Positions 34,601 to 37,261 of a stretch of 37,261 nucleotides of DNA are shown here, one piece after another. The notes under the pieces are model-generated. The model saw only the letters and a list, made by a program, of their open reading frames with translations, ran no database searches and was not told where the DNA came from. The position numbers and the translations under genes were made by a program. This DNA comes from a virus. Its lineage: Duplodnaviria; Caudoviricetes. How positions within the stretch are numbered: position 1 is the stretch's first letter; each line of letters opens with the position of its first letter. The stretch is taken from positions 1 to 37,261 of IMG/VR virus record IMGVR_UViG_3300031999_002039, one strand, 5' to 3'.

Positions 34601-36893
34601 AAATTATTACACCGATACTACGTTGACAGCCGTTGACCCGGCCTTGTATTCTGCGTCGCTAGCCATTATTGAACAACGTTGGCAGACCTATTACCCAACA
34701 GGTTCTATAAACATTTTTGCTTATAACTTTCCACCGGCAATCGGAAGTGCCTTTTCTGCTTCTTGGGAGGGATATCCTACATGTTCGTGGGTTTCTCAAT
34801 CATCATACCCATATCATTTCAAAGAATTGACGTATCAGCAAGATATTGACGCATCCAAGTATGGGCCTAACAAATATAAGAACAGAAAAATTCGTAAGGT
34901 AAATTACGAAGTGGATGCTAGATTTGATTCTTTCAATAGGTCAACAAGTGAACCTGACCTTACAGTTTCAGGAGAATCAAATCAACTTGGGTTCTTCATT
35001 GACCCACAGGATTCCAAGAACAAAGACATTTTAAGATATGTTGGTAGAAGTGGTATTATGGAATTGATTGGTGACCCTGCCAACCTTTACAGCGATAAAT
35101 ACTATGATTTGATAAACAAGAACGATGAGTATAATTCTCAAGGTGAAAAGAGAACATACTTTAACGAAATGTTGACAGTTTACAAATTTTACTTTGATAA
35201 ATCAATCTTTAAAGCGATTAGAAACGTTTTGCCTGCGAGAGCAAATGTTTATACGGGTGTCATAATCGAACCTACCATCCTTGAAAGACCAAAATATCCT
35301 AACAAACCATTAACGTCAAGTGTTCAAATTTCATATCAGTATCCGGGCGTTGTCAATAACATCTATGAATTTGATATGAGCTTGATATCAGCCAATTTCA
35401 ATACTGATTGGAATTTGGTAAGTAGTGGGTCAGCCACCGCACAGGAGAGAATGACGCTTTCGTTGCCTGCAAATTATGATGCATTGTTGGACATGACATA
35501 CTTGACTGAGCCTGTTCGTTCAAGACCGAATAATTTGGAGGGAGGATACATTCCTGATTATATGGATACGGTTCAACATGATTTTTATCCTGACTTTACC
35601 CTTCCTAGAAATTGGGAAACGTCTTCTACAGGACCATTGCCTGCCTCATATACCGTTCCAATCAATGGGTCGGTTACGTCTCAGAATGGTAACAACCCAG
35701 TCAATAGGTTCGTGATTGGACCGGACCACGGCGTAGATTATGCTAGAAGTTTCTTTTCAGGTTCAAATCAAGGCAATCATCCAATCCTTTACTACATGAT
35801 GAAAGTATGGGATAGATATTATTACTATGCCAAGACAGGAGAATATGTTCGTTCTACTAATTTGAACAACAACCCAACGTTTAAATTCAACTTCAATCAA
35901 AACGGTTCATATTTTTACAGTGGTAGTGTTGATATCAATGGATATTTCACAGGGTCCATACTTCACGCAGACCCTAATACGGATGCTTATGATTCTGCAT
36001 CAATTTATCTTTACAAATATGTAATATTTGATGAAAGATATATGAGGAATCTCATATATTTTACTGATTTAGTATCCCTATTTGTGTATGACTCTTCAAG
36101 TCTATCTTACACATACAATAGTGGAATAAACTCATATCTTCACAAAGCAAATACGTTCCTTGGAACTCCGGACCAAACCGTGAGTAACATCAGTGCATCT
36201 GCAAACGCGTTTACTCCTGTTGCTAAGACCTTATTTGATTTGAATATTAGTCCTGTTTCTCAGTATTTTGAAATGGTTTCTGGATATCCAAGGAATCACT
36301 ATACACATAAACTACAACAATTTTCAAAATCAAAATATGGGACATATACCCACCAAATTTTTGTTAAAGGTAAAAATACGACCAGTACAACGGTTGATAT
36401 AAATGGTATTAATGATGGAACTTATCCAGTAACTCAATTTAATACCAGTAACATGAATGTTGTCAATTCAAGTAACGTTATTCAAAATATTCCATCATCT
36501 ACGGCTGGTACAATAACACCAAATCCAGTAAACGTAAATGTTGGTGGAACTATTCCTGTCGGAGTTGGTGGAACGCCGCCAATAACAAATGTAACTTGTG
36601 TTCCATTATTAGGACAAAAATATACCAATCCAAATAAGAAAACAAAGAAGGTTTTCAATTTGAAGCTTGGAAGCAAAACCGGAACAGTAAAACTAGCATG
36701 GGATGCTAGAGGCGCAAAAGATAGATTTGTATTAAATTGGAATGGACAAGATGTTATAGACACCAAGTGCGTCAAACACAAGGGTTCAGCGACTTTTTAT
36801 AAGTCAACGGCAACACCAACCTCAGCAACGTTAACAATAACGTCATGTGATGGTAGTTCTTCTGGATTTGTTTCAGTTCATTGTCCAGAATAA
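31632..36893 (+). CDS. Large baseplate wedge protein (gp7-like / P2 gpI-like region)
   Basis: 1753 aa; EISPSRTE, MVGHHFDNIY, NLPGIYKTKGT..C..YGLP...IREYGG, LamG-like middle, GVIIEPTILER. Confidence 0.68.
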   Translation: MSLPYTVLGEFTGSVKSGSLLSVKDTGLFYVSQSSDVWFGVSQNDVIEVASYSTNDNTLQSWGTLYTDDKFQTVALTYLDNLNVPHSYTYNELVKPFTIYKNNEILLKPTEDLNAINVTEGSQLISYNFVREMAGSPTSTLTIKEISPSRTEIKLIPSGESDVQYDSFCIKKFPIRDVAPILLSIIKDLPYDKIYRVMSDQPQYQTGISFLKFMFFLPDDGSVVTFLRNLYEDLIKYTSIAPTAVTSGVQPAVITRIQGIKTYYNNFLLQSYDLIADFDGISQKYVDFVNLRLDERFGPFSNAQEQGYQDARQFCYDFFVTYFYDNNIKPLQLSYQDKYFGYLKNVLNFGNNRYFSILNNGYLDERVSPKDPITLIVKLSEELPSDISEKDTCWVSNFGMPPYVFTSILRNPVKYKTIKISQANFGSPQHFINTDSTNTLYSSEDLDNSSVMTNDIRVNKNIAELNTDYSDFSNFIVFSSATNRLNIFKNKMVSWTSLSASMVELDRRYNLSLSASAPYPYYFTEKANLQSQTTEIIDSFDGYESSLFSGGKYTYVISSGSFYSSSYVEDQDTSANDYDLSNRDSLLSNVPQFIATNSNYDEYLTFLNMVGHHFDNIYTYIAAMPIERQVKNELTSSIPTNTLKEMLYSFGWSVDDIIGPLDINEVYLNSMNSASFDALSGEQRLQTIWNRILVNLPGIYKTKGTEECVNFLMSCYGLPSSLITIREYGGTDYANDPAPTYRLDEKTYMLKFSGIGDYVEGPLPYSTRTVEFKFSIDADPYATTYPEYAYFPLFTSFPAPYTSSINSNWTVGFYRVPGDLTGRVIFQMGSGSSGIAISSSVLPIFNGEIFSVMLRRNEPDNFFESSIDPDVVPLNYDLTVQRNENGRQIFYSTSSAIFYESDNSVFSQFGKFRMTNGTFKGTLDKLSIWDIPINDNDFQEHVNDLNSYGSSGSIPYQNLWVQLSWQYPQTMYAGGYPVWITNASDYYTIPNYYTDTTLTAVDPALYSASLAIIEQRWQTYYPTGSINIFAYNFPPAIGSAFSASWEGYPTCSWVSQSSYPYHFKELTYQQDIDASKYGPNKYKNRKIRKVNYEVDARFDSFNRSTSEPDLTVSGESNQLGFFIDPQDSKNKDILRYVGRSGIMELIGDPANLYSDKYYDLINKNDEYNSQGEKRTYFNEMLTVYKFYFDKSIFKAIRNVLPARANVYTGVIIEPTILERPKYPNKPLTSSVQISYQYPGVVNNIYEFDMSLISANFNTDWNLVSSGSATAQERMTLSLPANYDALLDMTYLTEPVRSRPNNLEGGYIPDYMDTVQHDFYPDFTLPRNWETSSTGPLPASYTVPINGSVTSQNGNNPVNRFVIGPDHGVDYARSFFSGSNQGNHPILYYMMKVWDRYYYYAKTGEYVRSTNLNNNPTFKFNFNQNGSYFYSGSVDINGYFTGSILHADPNTDAYDSASIYLYKYVIFDERYMRNLIYFTDLVSLFVYDSSSLSYTYNSGINSYLHKANTFLGTPDQTVSNISASANAFTPVAKTLFDLNISPVSQYFEMVSGYPRNHYTHKLQQFSKSKYGTYTHQIFVKGKNTTSTTVDINGINDGTYPVTQFNTSNMNVVNSSNVIQNIPSSTAGTITPNPVNVNVGGTIPVGVGGTPPITNVTCVPLLGQKYTNPNKKTKKVFNLKLGSKTGTVKLAWDARGAKDRFVLNWNGQDVIDTKCVKHKGSATFYKSTATPTSATLTITSCDGSSSGFVSVHCPE

Positions 36894-36958
36894 TCAAAAA
36901 AGGTACAAAAATAATAAGTTAATAAGTTAAAAGATAAGAAAAAACCGTTTTAGTGGGA

Positions 36959-36966
36959 TACTTATA
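36959..36966 (+). promoter_or_regulatory. Candidate phage late-promoter motif TACTTATA
   Basis: Upstream of the ATG at 36985. Confidence 0.5.
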
Positions 36967-36984
36967 CAGGAAGAGAGATAAAAT

Positions 36985-37261
36985 ATGGCATACATCGACA
37001 ATCAAACAATTACAGTAGATGCTATTCTTACCAAAAAGGGTCGTGAACTTTTGGCACAGGATGGAAATCTGAACATTACGTCCTTTGCTTTGGCAGACGA
37101 CGAAATTGACTATACGCTTTACCAACCAAACCACCCAAACGGTAGTGCATTTTATGATATTGCTATCAGAAATACGCCCGTCTTTGAACCGGTTTCTGAT
37201 GAAACGCAGGTAATGAAATACAAATTGGTAAGTTTGAACCAAGGCGTAACTTCAATTCCTG
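36985..37261 (+). CDS. Large-phage structural protein (5' partial, runs off window)
   Basis: Open frame MAYIDNQTITVDAILTKKGRELLAQDG..ITSFALADDEIDY.., resembling N-termini seen in large-phage baseplate/tail operons; not in the ORF track because it has no stop in the window. Confidence 0.78.
   Translation, partial: MAYIDNQTITVDAILTKKGRELLAQDGNLNITSFALADDEIDYTLYQPNHPNGSAFYDIAIRNTPVFEPVSDETQVMKYKLVSLNQGVTSIP

Noticed and set aside
36919-37242. Minus-strand 107-aa ORF and other short antisense ORFs inside long genes
   Set aside because: They lie antisense to better-supported genes (here the partial CDS from 36985) and have no recognisable motifs.
1-37261. Stop-codon reassignment
   Set aside because: Long ORFs tile the window densely in the standard code, genes end in TAA, TGA and TAG, and no suppressor tRNA is present here.

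Overview
AT-rich segment of a large (jumbo-type) myovirus-like tailed phage genome; host not determinable from the window. Left end (1-1344): an RNA-gene cluster with the probable 3' half of a phage-encoded RNase P RNA, five CCA-encoding tRNAs (Ala-GGC, Ala-CGC, Gln-CUG, Ser-GGA, Ser-CGA) and two strongly base-paired non-coding spacers (240-640, 815-971) that look like unannotated structured RNAs; the first contains two homologous tRNA-sized four-way-junction modules with a compensatory change. Next come an HD hydrolase, small hypotheticals and phoH, then four Ser/Thr/Ala-rich tail-fibre-like genes (4178-10006), one with an LRR domain and two with split tail-collar domains. Directly downstream is a ~10 kb modification island (10021-19786): GT8-like, three GT29 (sialyltransferase)-like, GT-B-like and GT32-like glycosyltransferases, a HisC/CobD-type PLP enzyme, three radical SAM-SPASM/twitch enzymes and two tail-fibre-chaperone-like genes, which I infer may be a virion/tail-fibre glycosylation system. 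Then a membrane protein, a gp55-like late sigma factor, an ART-PolyVal-like ADP-ribosyltransferase and a baseplate operon (gp5-like spike, gp25-like, gp6-like, large wedge protein) running off the right end. A recurrent TAyTTATr-like motif sits just upstream of many structural genes (candidate late promoter). All protein calls come from motif recognition by eye, not from database searches.
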